From an uncultured Gammaproteobacteria bacterium (lineage in GTDB: Bacteria; Patescibacteriota; Patescibacteriia; Magasanikbacterales; UBA922): a stretch of 42,214 bases of DNA. The stretch spans positions 1-42,214 of the forward strand of contig CAYFPM010000001.1 of NCBI GenBank assembly GCA_964345045.1. The letters run 5' to 3'. This document shows, one piece after another, positions 32,873-41,216 of this stretch; the stretch's first letter is position 1, and each line of letters starts with the position of its first letter. A program made the translations under genes and the position numbers. The notes beneath the pieces are model-generated. The model did not search any database. It was not told the origin of the DNA and saw only the letters and a program-made list of their open reading frames with translations.

Positions 32873-33427
32873 ATGAAAGGTAAAATTGTAATAATATCCG
32901 GACCATCCGGAGCAGGAGAAGACAGTATAATAGATGGATTAGAAAAACTAATGCCCATAGAAAGAGTGGTAACTACTACCACCAGAGATATGCGGCCGGG
33001 AGAAGCAGAGGCTCAGCCTTATTATTTTATTTCCAAAGAGGATTTTAAAAATGGAATCGAAGAAGGAAAGTTTTTTGAATATGCCGAACATTATAATAAT
33101 AATTTTTACGGTGTAACTTTTGAAGAAATTGAAAGAGTTAAAAATAGTGACAAATTGGGAATTTGGAAAATTGATTACAAAGGGGTAATGCAAGCCAAAG
33201 AGCAAATGCCAGAGGTAAAAGCGATTTTTGTAAATGCTCCAATGGATATTCTTGAAAAACGGATTCGTAGCCGTGGTGGGGTGACAGAAGAATATGTAAA
33301 AGAGAGAATGGCCTATACCCGCGAGTGGCTAGAGCATACGGATATTTATGATTATGCTATAGAAAATACCGAAGGGGATTTGGAAGGGACTATAATGAAG
33401 GTGAAAGATATTATTGATTCTATCTAA
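32873..33427 (+). CDS. gmk: Guanylate kinase
   Basis: P-loop ISGPSGAGEDS, TTTTRDMRPGE, YYFIS.EDF. Confidence 0.9.
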   Translation: MKGKIVIISGPSGAGEDSIIDGLEKLMPIERVVTTTTRDMRPGEAEAQPYYFISKEDFKNGIEEGKFFEYAEHYNNNFYGVTFEEIERVKNSDKLGIWKIDYKGVMQAKEQMPEVKAIFVNAPMDILEKRIRSRGGVTEEYVKERMAYTREWLEHTDIYDYAIENTEGDLEGTIMKVKDIIDSI

Positions 33428-33442
33428 ATAAATTAAAATTTT

Positions 33443-33469
33443 AGAGCCAGGTTAATAGCCTGGTTTTTT
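33443..33469 (+). terminator. Rho-independent terminator after gmk
   Basis: AGCCAGG-TTAATA-GCCTGGTT followed by TTTT. Confidence 0.7.
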
Positions 33470-33473
33470 GGTA

Positions 33474-33502
33474 TTGACAATTTAATTTTTTTGTGGTAAT
33501 AA
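33474..33502 (+). promoter_or_regulatory. Near-consensus promoter abutting the 139-aa ORF (leaderless geometry)
   Basis: TTGACA (33474-33479), 17 nt ending in TGG, TAATAA (33497-33502), 9 nt, ATG (33512). Confidence 0.6.
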
Positions 33503-33511
33503 GAGGGTATC

Positions 33512-33931
33512 ATGACCGAAAAAGTTTTTTTGGTGGAAACACGAGTAGAGATCCCCGGGGAGATCTTCTCTGCGTTCACTTTGCAGTTTTTGCTCTCTTT
33601 CGAAGGTACTTCGAGGCCTGACCAGGCCAGTGTACAGGGGAGAGAGCAGATGGCGGCGGCTATCCGCGCTCACTGGGCCGAGAGTATCCAGGAGTTCACA
33701 ATTTTGGATAGAGCGGACTTCCCTCGAGAAGAGGAAGAGGACGACACGTACTATTTTGGTGAACGACGTGGGGAGTATATACTCCATTTCTTTGCCAGAA
33801 GTACCTCCTCTGGCTACGAGTTACGCCCTCTGAAAAGATCCGAGATGCCAGATCGTAGAAAGAGTCTAGGGGTAGGTTATATGACATTGGTTTTCAAGGT
33901 AGAGCGTCAGTTGCCGCTGTATAGGGTGTAA
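33512..33931 (+). CDS. Hypothetical protein (139 aa), GC-rich orphan upstream of rplS
   Basis: Clear codon periodicity (G-rich first positions: GAA GTT GTG GAA GTA GAG...). No SD and no known motif. Contains an acidic EEEEDD patch. Confidence 0.6.
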   Translation: MTEKVFLVETRVEIPGEIFSAFTLQFLLSFEGTSRPDQASVQGREQMAAAIRAHWAESIQEFTILDRADFPREEEEDDTYYFGERRGEYILHFFARSTSSGYELRPLKRSEMPDRRKSLGVGYMTLVFKVERQLPLYRV

Positions 33932-34023
33932 AGCTCTACAAAAAACGCTGGTCACGATAGGTCTGGAGAGAACCCCTCCGCATATAGATTCAGACCACCT
34001 CAATTCAATTATTAAGTCAGTTA

Positions 34024-34052
34024 TTGACAAAATTGGCCATATATAGTAGTAT
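34024..34052 (+). promoter_or_regulatory. rplS promoter
   Basis: TTGACA (34024-34029), 17 nt, TAGTAT (34047-34052), followed by ATCGCCAC. Same architecture as the rpsB promoter. Confidence 0.65.
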
Positions 34053-34121
34053 ATCGCCACTTATGTATATGCCGACGTTGGGCAGACATACCTCAACCTC
34101 TCGATAATTTTTTGTAAAAAT

Positions 34122-34550
34122 ATGTCCGAAGACAAAAGACTAGACCTAAGACCCGGCATGATTGTAAAGGTTCACCAAGTGATTCGTGAAACCAATGCCA
34201 AAGGGGAAGAAAAAGAACGTATCCAAATTTTTGAAGGGACTGTAATTGCTATAAAACACGGTAAAGAAGCCGGAGCTACAGTAACAGTTCGCAAAGTATC
34301 TGGCGGAGTAGGGGTAGAAAAGATTTTCCCACTACATTCTCCGGTAGTAGCCAAGATAGAGTTGGTACGCCAAATGAAGGTAAGACGCGCCAAGCCAACT
34401 TACTTGCGTGATTACAAAAAGAAACTTAAAGAAGTTAAAAAGAAAGTAGAAAAGAAAGTTGCTCCTAAAAAAGAAGTAAAACCCGCCTCCGCTAAAAGCT
34501 CTGGCGTGACAAAGAAAGAAACTACAAAAGAGACTTCAGAAAAAAAATAA
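34122..34550 (+). CDS. rplS: 50S ribosomal protein L19 with Lys-rich C-terminal extension
   Basis: [26 protein letters not shown]...[22 protein letters not shown]....ELV. Confidence 0.95.
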   Translation: MSEDKRLDLRPGMIVKVHQVIRETNAKGEEKERIQIFEGTVIAIKHGKEAGATVTVRKVSGGVGVEKIFPLHSPVVAKIELVRQMKVRRAKPTYLRDYKKKLKEVKKKVEKKVAPKKEVKPASAKSSGVTKKETTKETSEKK

Positions 34551-34563
34551 GTTTAGAAAAAAG

Positions 34564-34599
34564 TAAACCCTGTACAAAATAAGTACAGGGTTTTTGTTT
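34564..34599. terminator. Terminator, copy 2 of the AACCCTGTAC/GTACAGGGTT hairpin
   Basis: AAACCCTGTAC-AAAATAA-GTACAGGGTTTTTGTTTG. Confidence 0.85.
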
Positions 34600-34605
34600 G
34601 CAAGG

Positions 34606-34634
34606 TTGACTAACCTTGTTTTTTTTGGTATATA
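34606..34634 (+). promoter_or_regulatory. Near-consensus promoter abutting the 167-aa ORF (leaderless geometry)
   Basis: TTGACT (34606-34611), 17 nt ending in TGG, TATATA (34629-34634), 7 nt, ATG (34642). Confidence 0.6.
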
Positions 34635-34641
34635 AAGTTTC

Positions 34642-35145
34642 ATGAAATATAGACTGGATGTCGTTGTCACGCGTATTTCTCTCCCCCCAGATAGTTTGCG
34701 TTTGCCTAGGGTGTTTAGGCTTCGTGTGCCGGCGGATTGTTCTTTTTCCATCCCAATTGGAGAGGGCAAACTACCCCAAAGTTGTTTGCGAAGCAATGGA
34801 GAGGTGAAGCGATTCCCCGAGATTACGCCGCATATGCCGGTGACCGAGGGGGTATTCGATGCGGCTAGGCTGCAGATCTTTACTTTTCTTAATGAGCTTT
34901 TCGACCAGCAAAATAGAGAGCTTGATATCACTGGCTCTCTAGGAGAAGAAGAGGACGAACGTCACTACCAAGGGCCCGGAGTGGTTCGAGTTTATCTTCG
35001 TGTAAAGCCTGCCAAAAGAGGAGAGGGGGACTTTTCTTGGTATTCGACAGACAAAGGTTCTGTGCACAATTTGTGTTTGCAGTTCGCTTTTTCTATCGTT
35101 CCAGACGACATGGGAGAGATCGACCTTAGTAGTATTGGCGAATAG
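34642..35145 (+). CDS. Hypothetical protein (167 aa), GC-rich orphan downstream of rplS
   Basis: Codon periodicity is present. No SD and no known motif. Its acidic GEEEDERHY patch is reminiscent of EEEEDDTYY in the 139-aa ORF. Confidence 0.6.
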   Translation: MKYRLDVVVTRISLPPDSLRLPRVFRLRVPADCSFSIPIGEGKLPQSCLRSNGEVKRFPEITPHMPVTEGVFDAARLQIFTFLNELFDQQNRELDITGSLGEEEDERHYQGPGVVRVYLRVKPAKRGEGDFSWYSTDKGSVHNLCLQFAFSIVPDDMGEIDLSSIGE

Positions 35146-35231
35146 CCACTGCTTAGCAGTCTTATTTTCAAGCGCTGGTGTTGGCATTTTTATCTGTCAC
35201 AGAATCAATACCAGCTCAAGCTTCACAAATT

Positions 35232-35265
35232 AAAAAACCCTGTACCAGATCGGTACAGGGTTTTT
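35232..35265. terminator. Bidirectional terminator, copy 3 of the AACCCTGTAC/GTACAGGGTT hairpin
   Basis: AAAAAACCCTGTACC-AGATC-GGTACAGGGTTTTT between convergent genes. Confidence 0.85.
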
Positions 35266-35267
35266 GG

Positions 35268-35612
35268 TTAAGCAGCTTCGTTTACTTCAATATCTATATC
35301 ATCCTCTGGGAACTGCACTTCTGCAGCAGAACCTCCCATTCTTACGCCATCTTCGTTTTCATCCCAGGGGGATGTTTCTTTTACAACTTGAGTATTATCT
35401 ATGTTGTCGATGGATTGTCTTATTTTTTCTATTTTAGCGGCTTCAGCAGTTTTTGAGTCTCTTTCGGTCTCTTCTAGGTCCTGCCTAGCATGTAGCATTT
35501 CTATAGAAGTTTCTCCAGAAGGTGCTCTGGGAGCTGGTTTTTTTTCTGGTATAGGCGGAATTTCCAAATCATTTATTAGGTTTTCGTGTGGTCTTGGTGT
35601 TTCTCCTAACAT
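35268..35612 (-). CDS. Hypothetical acidic protein (114 aa) with C-terminal V-R-M-GGSA motif
   Basis: Own promoter on the minus strand (TTGACA, 17 nt, TACACT at about 35670-35642). C-terminus VRMGGSAAEVQFPEDDIDIEVNE is paralogous to the 76-aa ORF. Confidence 0.6.
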   Translation of the reverse strand: MLGETPRPHENLINDLEIPPIPEKKPAPRAPSGETSIEMLHARQDLEETERDSKTAEAAKIEKIRQSIDNIDNTQVVKETSPWDENEDGVRMGGSAAEVQFPEDDIDIEVNEAA

Positions 35613-35701
35613 AGGGAAAATTTAATACTAAGCTTTAGTAGTGTAGCACAAAATTGGGCTTTTGTCAAGGTAAAAACAAGGAAAATTGGCTAAAATTAAA
35701 C

Positions 35702-35733
35702 AAAAAAACAGCTTATATTCAAAGCTGTTTTTT
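35702..35733. terminator. Rho-independent terminator after the 76-aa ORF
   Basis: AAAAAAACAGCTT-TGAATAT-AAGCTGTTTTTT. Confidence 0.8.
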
Positions 35734-35741
35734 GTAGTTAT

Positions 35742-35972
35742 TTAATCTTCTACAATATCACCCGCTTCAAGATCTATAATTGTGTCAGTAGCCAAATCCT
35801 TTGCCGAACCGCCCACTTTTACGTTTTTATTGGGTTGCCATACTTTGCCTTCTTCTTCCTCTTTTATCATTTCATCGGCTATTTTTTTTCCAATTTCTTT
35901 TGGGTCTTTTTCTTCTTCATCTGGGTGAATACTACCGCCCAGGCGAACATAGTCTGGTTTGTTCTCTGGCAT
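35742..35972 (-). CDS. Hypothetical acidic protein (76 aa) with two V-(R/K)-x-GGS motifs
   Basis: YVRLGGSIHPDEEE and VKVGGSAKDLATDTIIDLEAGD. Lies 35 nt downstream of uvrA on the same strand. Confidence 0.6.
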   Translation of the reverse strand: MPENKPDYVRLGGSIHPDEEEKDPKEIGKKIADEMIKEEEEGKVWQPNKNVKVGGSAKDLATDTIIDLEAGDIVED

Positions 35973-36007
35973 ATTTTTTTATTAAGTTATTTTTCAAGTA
36001 TAACTTT

Positions 36008-38836
36008 TTACATCTCGGCTTTCAAATATTTACCAGTAAAACTTCTTTTAGCTTTTACTACATCTTTTGGAGTCCCTTCGGCCACTACTTCACCACCACG
36101 TTTACCACCTTCTGGACCTAGGTCAATAATCCAGTCAGCCGATTTGATCACATCCAAATTGTGTTCGATAATTAGTACAGTGTTTCCTTTGTCTACCAAC
36201 TGGTTCAAAACTTGTAACAGTCTTTTGATATCATCAAAGTGTAGGCCGGTTGTTGGTTCATCTAGGATATACAAAGTTTTGCCAGTGGCTCTACGAGAAA
36301 GTTCTGTAGCCAGTTTAATTCTTTGGGCTTCTCCACCAGATAGGGTAGTAGCCGGTTGACCCAGGTGCAAGTAACCTAGACCAACATCGCGAAGAATTTG
36401 TAGTTTGTCGGCAATAGCAGAGACGTCGGAGAAAAATTTGTAAGCTTCTTCAATAGTCATTTCAAGGACGTCAGCAATATTTTTGCCACGGTAGTGAATT
36501 TCCAAGGCTTCTTTGTTGTATCTTTTTCCACTACATTCGCTACATTCTACAAACACATCTGTTAAAAATTGCATAGGAATGCGAATATAACCGTCTCCGC
36601 TACAAGCTTCGCATCTACCACCACCTTTGACATTGAAACTAAACATCCCGGCAGTAAAACCACGCATCTTGGCTTCTGGCACAGCGGTAAATATATCGCG
36701 AATAGCGGTAAAAACTCCAGTATAAGTAGCGGGATTACTACGTGGAGTACGACCAATTGGAGTTTGATCAATCGAGATTACTTTATCAATATTTGAAATA
36801 CCTTTGATAGATTTGTGCAATCCTGGTTCAGCTTTGGCACGATAAAAATGTTTGGACAATGATTTGGCCAAAATATCTGTAACCAAGGTAGATTTACCAG
36901 AACCGGATACACCAGTCATACATACTAGTTTGCCAAGCGGAATAGAGACATCAATATTTTTTAGATTAAAGGCTTTGGCTCCAACTATATCTATAGTTTT
37001 GCCATTACCTTTTCTAAATTTTTTGGGCGAGGTAATTGTATCTTTGCCAGACAAGTATCTACCTGTAGAGGATTTGGTACTCTTTTTTACACTGGTTGGT
37101 TTACCTTCGGCCATTATTTCTCCACCATAAGCTCCGGCTCCCGGCCCCACATCGATTAGGTGATCAGCTGCTTCCATCGTGGTTTTGTCGTGTTCTACCA
37201 CTATCACTGTGTTACCTAGATCACGAAGAGTTTTTAGGGTATCAATTAGTTTGTCATTGTCTTTGGAATGCAAACCAATCGAAGGTTCGTCCAAAATATA
37301 AATTACGTCGGTTAGTCCGGTAGAAAGTTGAGTAGACAATCTTATTCTTTGGGATTCTCCTCCAGATAGGGTAGTAAAAGATCTGTCGAGGGTTAGATAA
37401 TACAGGCCAACTTTCATAAGATCTTTCACTTTATTTTTGATCTCTTTTACAATAGGTTCGGCCACTAACAAATCTTGTTTTTTTAGTTTAGAAGTTTTGG
37501 TTTTTCCTTTTACTTCTATCAATTTATCAAAAAATTCACCAGCTTCTTCTATGGTCATTTCGGCAATGTCGGCAATAGAAACATTGTTTACCTTTACATG
37601 CAATGATTCTGGTTTTAATCTTTTGCCAGTACAAGCCGGACAAATTTTTTCACGCATGTATTGTTCTATCTCTTTTCTTATATAATCAGAATCAGTTTCG
37701 GCATGTCTTTGGGTTAGATTTGGGACAATTCCTTCGAAATGAATTTTTTTGCTACCAATTTGATAAAGCTGGCCATCTGTACCATAAAATAAAATGTCCA
37801 ATACTTTTTGTGAGAGATCTTTTATTGGAGTATCCATGGAAAAACCATGTGATTCGGCCACAGCACTAAGTAATTTTTGATATTGATTTTGGTTACCTAC
37901 AATTCTGGTCCAAGGTTGGATAGCTCCTTCGGCCAAAGTTAGGCGAGGATTTGGGATTACCAATTCGGTATCAATATCCATGGTGTAACCCAAACCAGTA
38001 CATCTAGGACAAGCCCCATATGGACTGTTGAAACTAAAGGTTCTTGGTTCAATTGGCTCGAAAGTGCGGCCAGAACTAGGACAAAATGGAAAGGTGGTAT
38101 AAGTCTCTTCGTCTCCGGTATCTTCGTCCAAAATAACAATGGATCCATTGGATAGATCAATCGCTTTTTCTACTATAGATGATACATTTTGTTTTTTGAT
38201 ATCATTAATTCTACCTATAACCAGCTCTACGTCGTAAGTTTTTTCGTCACTAAATGGAAATTTCTTTATATCAGCTATTTTCATTTCCACTCCGTTGATA
38301 CGGATTTGTTGGTAACCAGATTGTTCGGCGCTTTTCAAAAGTTCTTTTACTTTTACAGGCCCTTGGGTAATTATGGGGGAGAGAACTACTAGTTCATGAT
38401 TTTGTCTACCAAGTTTTCTAACAATTTCGGTAATTTCACCAGGTTTGTATTTTATTACAGCCTCGTTTGTTTCTGGGCAATATTGGATTCCAATTCTAGA
38501 AAAAAGTAATCTGAGGTGATCATAAATTTCGGTTACAGTTCCTACTGTTGATCTAGGATTTTGCGAAGTGTTTCTTTGGTCAATCGCAATAGTGGGGGAG
38601 AGGCCAGTAATTTCGTCTACATCTGGTTTGTCTTGCACATCCATAAATTGTCTGGCATAGGCATTTAGACTCTCGGCATAACGACGTTGACCTTCGGCAT
38701 AGATAGTATCAAAGGCCAAAGAGGACTTCCCTGATCCGGAAAGTCCTGTGATAACAGTTAATTTGTTTTTGGGGATTTTTAGAGAAACGCTTTTTAGGTT
38801 GTTTACTCTGGCATTGGTAATTTTTATTTCGTTCAT
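36008..38836 (-). CDS. uvrA: Excinuclease ABC subunit A
   Basis: Two ABC modules (GLSGSGKSSL, GVSGSGKSTL; LSGGE.QR twice) and zinc modules (CP.C.G.G, C..C.G.G). 942 aa. Confidence 0.97.
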   Translation of the reverse strand: MNEIKITNARVNNLKSVSLKIPKNKLTVITGLSGSGKSSLAFDTIYAEGQRRYAESLNAYARQFMDVQDKPDVDEITGLSPTIAIDQRNTSQNPRSTVGTVTEIYDHLRLLFSRIGIQYCPETNEAVIKYKPGEITEIVRKLGRQNHELVVLSPIITQGPVKVKELLKSAEQSGYQQIRINGVEMKIADIKKFPFSDEKTYDVELVIGRINDIKKQNVSSIVEKAIDLSNGSIVILDEDTGDEETYTTFPFCPSSGRTFEPIEPRTFSFNSPYGACPRCTGLGYTMDIDTELVIPNPRLTLAEGAIQPWTRIVGNQNQYQKLLSAVAESHGFSMDTPIKDLSQKVLDILFYGTDGQLYQIGSKKIHFEGIVPNLTQRHAETDSDYIRKEIEQYMREKICPACTGKRLKPESLHVKVNNVSIADIAEMTIEEAGEFFDKLIEVKGKTKTSKLKKQDLLVAEPIVKEIKNKVKDLMKVGLYYLTLDRSFTTLSGGESQRIRLSTQLSTGLTDVIYILDEPSIGLHSKDNDKLIDTLKTLRDLGNTVIVVEHDKTTMEAADHLIDVGPGAGAYGGEIMAEGKPTSVKKSTKSSTGRYLSGKDTITSPKKFRKGNGKTIDIVGAKAFNLKNIDVSIPLGKLVCMTGVSGSGKSTLVTDILAKSLSKHFYRAKAEPGLHKSIKGISNIDKVISIDQTPIGRTPRSNPATYTGVFTAIRDIFTAVPEAKMRGFTAGMFSFNVKGGGRCEACSGDGYIRIPMQFLTDVFVECSECSGKRYNKEALEIHYRGKNIADVLEMTIEEAYKFFSDVSAIADKLQILRDVGLGYLHLGQPATTLSGGEAQRIKLATELSRRATGKTLYILDEPTTGLHFDDIKRLLQVLNQLVDKGNTVLIIEHNLDVIKSADWIIDLGPEGGKRGGEVVAEGTPKDVVKAKRSFTGKYLKAEM

Positions 38837-38842
38837 AGGGTA

Positions 38843-40219
38843 CTAATCGTAGTCTTTTATGCTGGCGGCGTCAATAGTGATATGGATACCGGTAGGGCTT
38901 AATAATTCTTCTAAACTATATAATTCTGTATTTTTAATACTTGGTTGTCTTTCCAAAAACCTTCTACTATCTCCAAAATCTATTCCATTTCTACCAATAA
39001 AGTGATCTTCGTCTACCGAGTCATAGGATTCATTCATCTCTACTCTTAGATAAAATCCTTTGAAGGCGTTTATATTTCCGCAATTGTCGGAGCGGCTAAT
39101 ATATCCCACAGGATCAGCTACTTCTAATTCTATAACGAATTGTTGAGTACCTGCTGTGTCATTGTTGGTGGTAGTATCGTCTACTGCAAATTCGAATCTT
39201 TCTCCATCGTTACAAAGCCCCCATAATTCTGTTTCTCCTTCGTCTACCCAAGGGTATTCCCAGTCTTCGGTAATTAATTGCGAAAGCTCTCTCGATACAC
39301 TAGAATTTTTTACAAAACCTACTATATTTCCTACTTCACACTTGTAAGTAATATTTTCCGAGTTTCTTAAATCTTGTATACATATTTCTTTTTCATTTGG
39401 GCAAATAGCTCCGAGACACGAAGCCCCTGTGTCTCCCAGATAGTATTTTTTGCCACAAGGGGCAGTCTCGGAAGTTTGCGTTCCGTTTGTTTTGTCTCCT
39501 TGCTTATCGGCTTCGTCGGCAGCTTTAAAAGCATTTTCTACACTTTTTCGTAGATTTTCTGTTGATAGATTTTTATCTATATCAGCTGCAGGTATTTGGG
39601 CCAAAGCAGTATTTTTGTCTACATCACTACAATAAAATGGACTTACATCTTGTTGTTTTATTAGCCATACTTGGGGTAGTCGTAGATTAACCGTAGCCGG
39701 ATTAAGAATGTTTAAGAGGGTAAAAGAGATTGATAAAATTATTATTCCCATTATGGCTCCGCCAATCATTTTTTGGGCGGCTTTGACTCTTTCGGCATTG
39801 CCCCCAGACATGGTCCAGCGAATACCCGACACTATTATTATAATAGTGGCCAAAATTCCACCGATTATAATTCCATATCTATAGATTAGTTGGATAAACT
39901 CACCAATGTTGTTGAATTGTCTTTGGCCACCAAAACCAATTTGGGTGATAGTTTTGGTAGAGGGGAGACAGAAACCAAGTTCTTCTTCTGGTTCAAACGG
40001 ATTGGTACCACAGATAGCTTTGGAATCACTTTTGTTGTACCAGCCTTCTCGGGCTTCTCTTTTGTCGGTAATGCCTAGCCCTTGCCTGGCTTCTATACAT
40101 TCTGCTTGGCTAAAGCATCTGGGGTCTAGTTGAGCCTGTGCTGCAGTGTTTGGAAAGATTATATAGATCAAGGCTGCCGCCAAGCTTAATCTTAATAAAT
40201 TTTTTTTATTTACCCTCAT
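38843..40219 (-). CDS. Secreted membrane protein with a TrbC/VirB2-like pilin module fused to a ~260-aa Cys-containing C-terminal domain
   Basis: Signal peptide ...NTAAQAQ. Two TM helices flank a WTMSGGNAERVKAAQKMIGGAIMG loop, as in T4SS-pilin-like proteins. Long extracytoplasmic tail. The family call is pattern-based. Confidence 0.55.
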   Translation of the reverse strand: MRVNKKNLLRLSLAAALIYIIFPNTAAQAQLDPRCFSQAECIEARQGLGITDKREAREGWYNKSDSKAICGTNPFEPEEELGFCLPSTKTITQIGFGGQRQFNNIGEFIQLIYRYGIIIGGILATIIIIVSGIRWTMSGGNAERVKAAQKMIGGAIMGIIILSISFTLLNILNPATVNLRLPQVWLIKQQDVSPFYCSDVDKNTALAQIPAADIDKNLSTENLRKSVENAFKAADEADKQGDKTNGTQTSETAPCGKKYYLGDTGASCLGAICPNEKEICIQDLRNSENITYKCEVGNIVGFVKNSSVSRELSQLITEDWEYPWVDEGETELWGLCNDGERFEFAVDDTTTNNDTAGTQQFVIELEVADPVGYISRSDNCGNINAFKGFYLRVEMNESYDSVDEDHFIGRNGIDFGDSRRFLERQPSIKNTELYSLEELLSPTGIHITIDAASIKDYD

Positions 40220-40229
40220 AATAAAATAT

Positions 40230-40988
40230 TTAGTTATTTTGAAGTTGGTTTATTATAATTTGGTCCCAAACTTTTTTTTCTACCACACCTTCTAATTTTA
40301 ATTGATTGATGGTGTAGGTGGGGGTGCCTCGAACACCGATAGTGTTGGCTTCTAGTACATCGCTTTCTATATTGGATTGGTATTTTTGACTTTCGTAGCA
40401 ATTGGCAAATTGATTCATGTTTAGATCAATTGTTTCGGCGTATTTGGTAAGAGCAGATTCTTTCAAATTGTTGTTTGTAAAAATTTGGTCGTAGTATTGC
40501 CAAAATTTATTTTGTTCGTGAGCGCAGGCAGCGGCCAAGTGGGCGTTTTGTGCTCGGGGATGGATGGCATTAACTGGCAAGTGTTTGAAAACCACCTGAA
40601 TAGCGGGACCATATACTTCTACCATTTCTTTGAAAATTGGGTAGCTGGCTTGGCAATAAGGGCACTCAAAGTCTATAAAAGCGGTGATAGTAATTTTTGC
40701 ATCTGGGTTACCAAGAACTGGAGAGTAGCTTTTTTTTAGGGTTTTGTGGTCGATTGGGAGTTCGCTAGTAAAGTTTGCAGATTGGTGTAGTGGGTTCAAA
40801 GAAAAACCACTTTCAAAGGTTTTTGCGAGTTTTTCGGCGTCGCCGTATTTTATTTGCCACAGGTAAGAAACGATTAACAGGCCAAATATTACAAAGCCAG
40901 TTAATATTAAACCTACAAAACCAAGAAAGATCGCCCCTCCGGTAGTTTTGTACCAAACTTTGTTTGGTTCTTGATTATTTGGCAACAT
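40230..40988 (-). CDS. DsbA-like thiol:disulfide oxidoreductase, membrane anchored
   Basis: Thioredoxin-fold active site CPYC (FIDFECPYCQ). N-terminal TM helix. GVRGTPTY cis-Pro region. Start placed at MLPNN (40988) because a TTGACA/TATAAT pair (41039-41013, 15-nt spacer) lies inside the longer track ORF. Confidence 0.8.
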   Translation of the reverse strand: MLPNNQEPNKVWYKTTGGAIFLGFVGLILTGFVIFGLLIVSYLWQIKYGDAEKLAKTFESGFSLNPLHQSANFTSELPIDHKTLKKSYSPVLGNPDAKITITAFIDFECPYCQASYPIFKEMVEVYGPAIQVVFKHLPVNAIHPRAQNAHLAAACAHEQNKFWQYYDQIFTNNNLKESALTKYAETIDLNMNQFANCYESQKYQSNIESDVLEANTIGVRGTPTYTINQLKLEGVVEKKVWDQIIINQLQNN

Positions 40989-41073
40989 AAAGCAAAAAAT
41001 ATGATTTTTGATATTATAGCATAATTTGGCAATTGTCAATATTTGCAACTGGGGGAGATTAGGATTGGACCAC

Positions 41074-41102
41074 TTGACAGCTGTACATATATATAGTATA
41101 GT
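41074..41102 (+). promoter_or_regulatory. rpsB promoter
   Basis: TTGACA (41074-41079), 17 nt, TATAGT (41097-41102), followed by ATCGCCGC. Confidence 0.65.
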
Positions 41103-41216
41103 ATCGCCGCTTTGCTCCTATGAGCAGTATTTATTAATCACTCACTTGCGGAATATTTTCCTCTGCCAAAAACCTTTTGGTGGTAACCGCAAGGAGGCTA
41201 AAAGGAAATTCACAAT
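41103..41216 (+). promoter_or_regulatory. Structured rpsB 5' leader (candidate S2 autoregulatory leader)
   Basis: About 110-nt UTR with TTGCGG...17-nt-class loop...CCGCAA pairing (41147-41195) ending in the SD AAGGAGG. Function inferred from known S2-leader regulation in other bacteria. Confidence 0.4.

Noticed and set aside
33512-35145. GC-rich blocks as structured ncRNAs (RNase P RNA, tmRNA, SRP RNA, large ncRNA)
   Set aside because: No GAGGAAAGTCC, no tmRNA acceptor/T-arm end and no SRP motif. Both blocks show clear three-base periodicity with G-rich first codon positions and uninterrupted ORFs beginning right at a promoter. A dual function cannot be excluded.
35801-36359. Plus-strand ORFs of 106 and 174 aa
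   Set aside because: They are antisense to the 76-aa ORF and to the 3' end of uvrA. Poly-Phe composition is typical of antisense reading of A-rich coding sequence.
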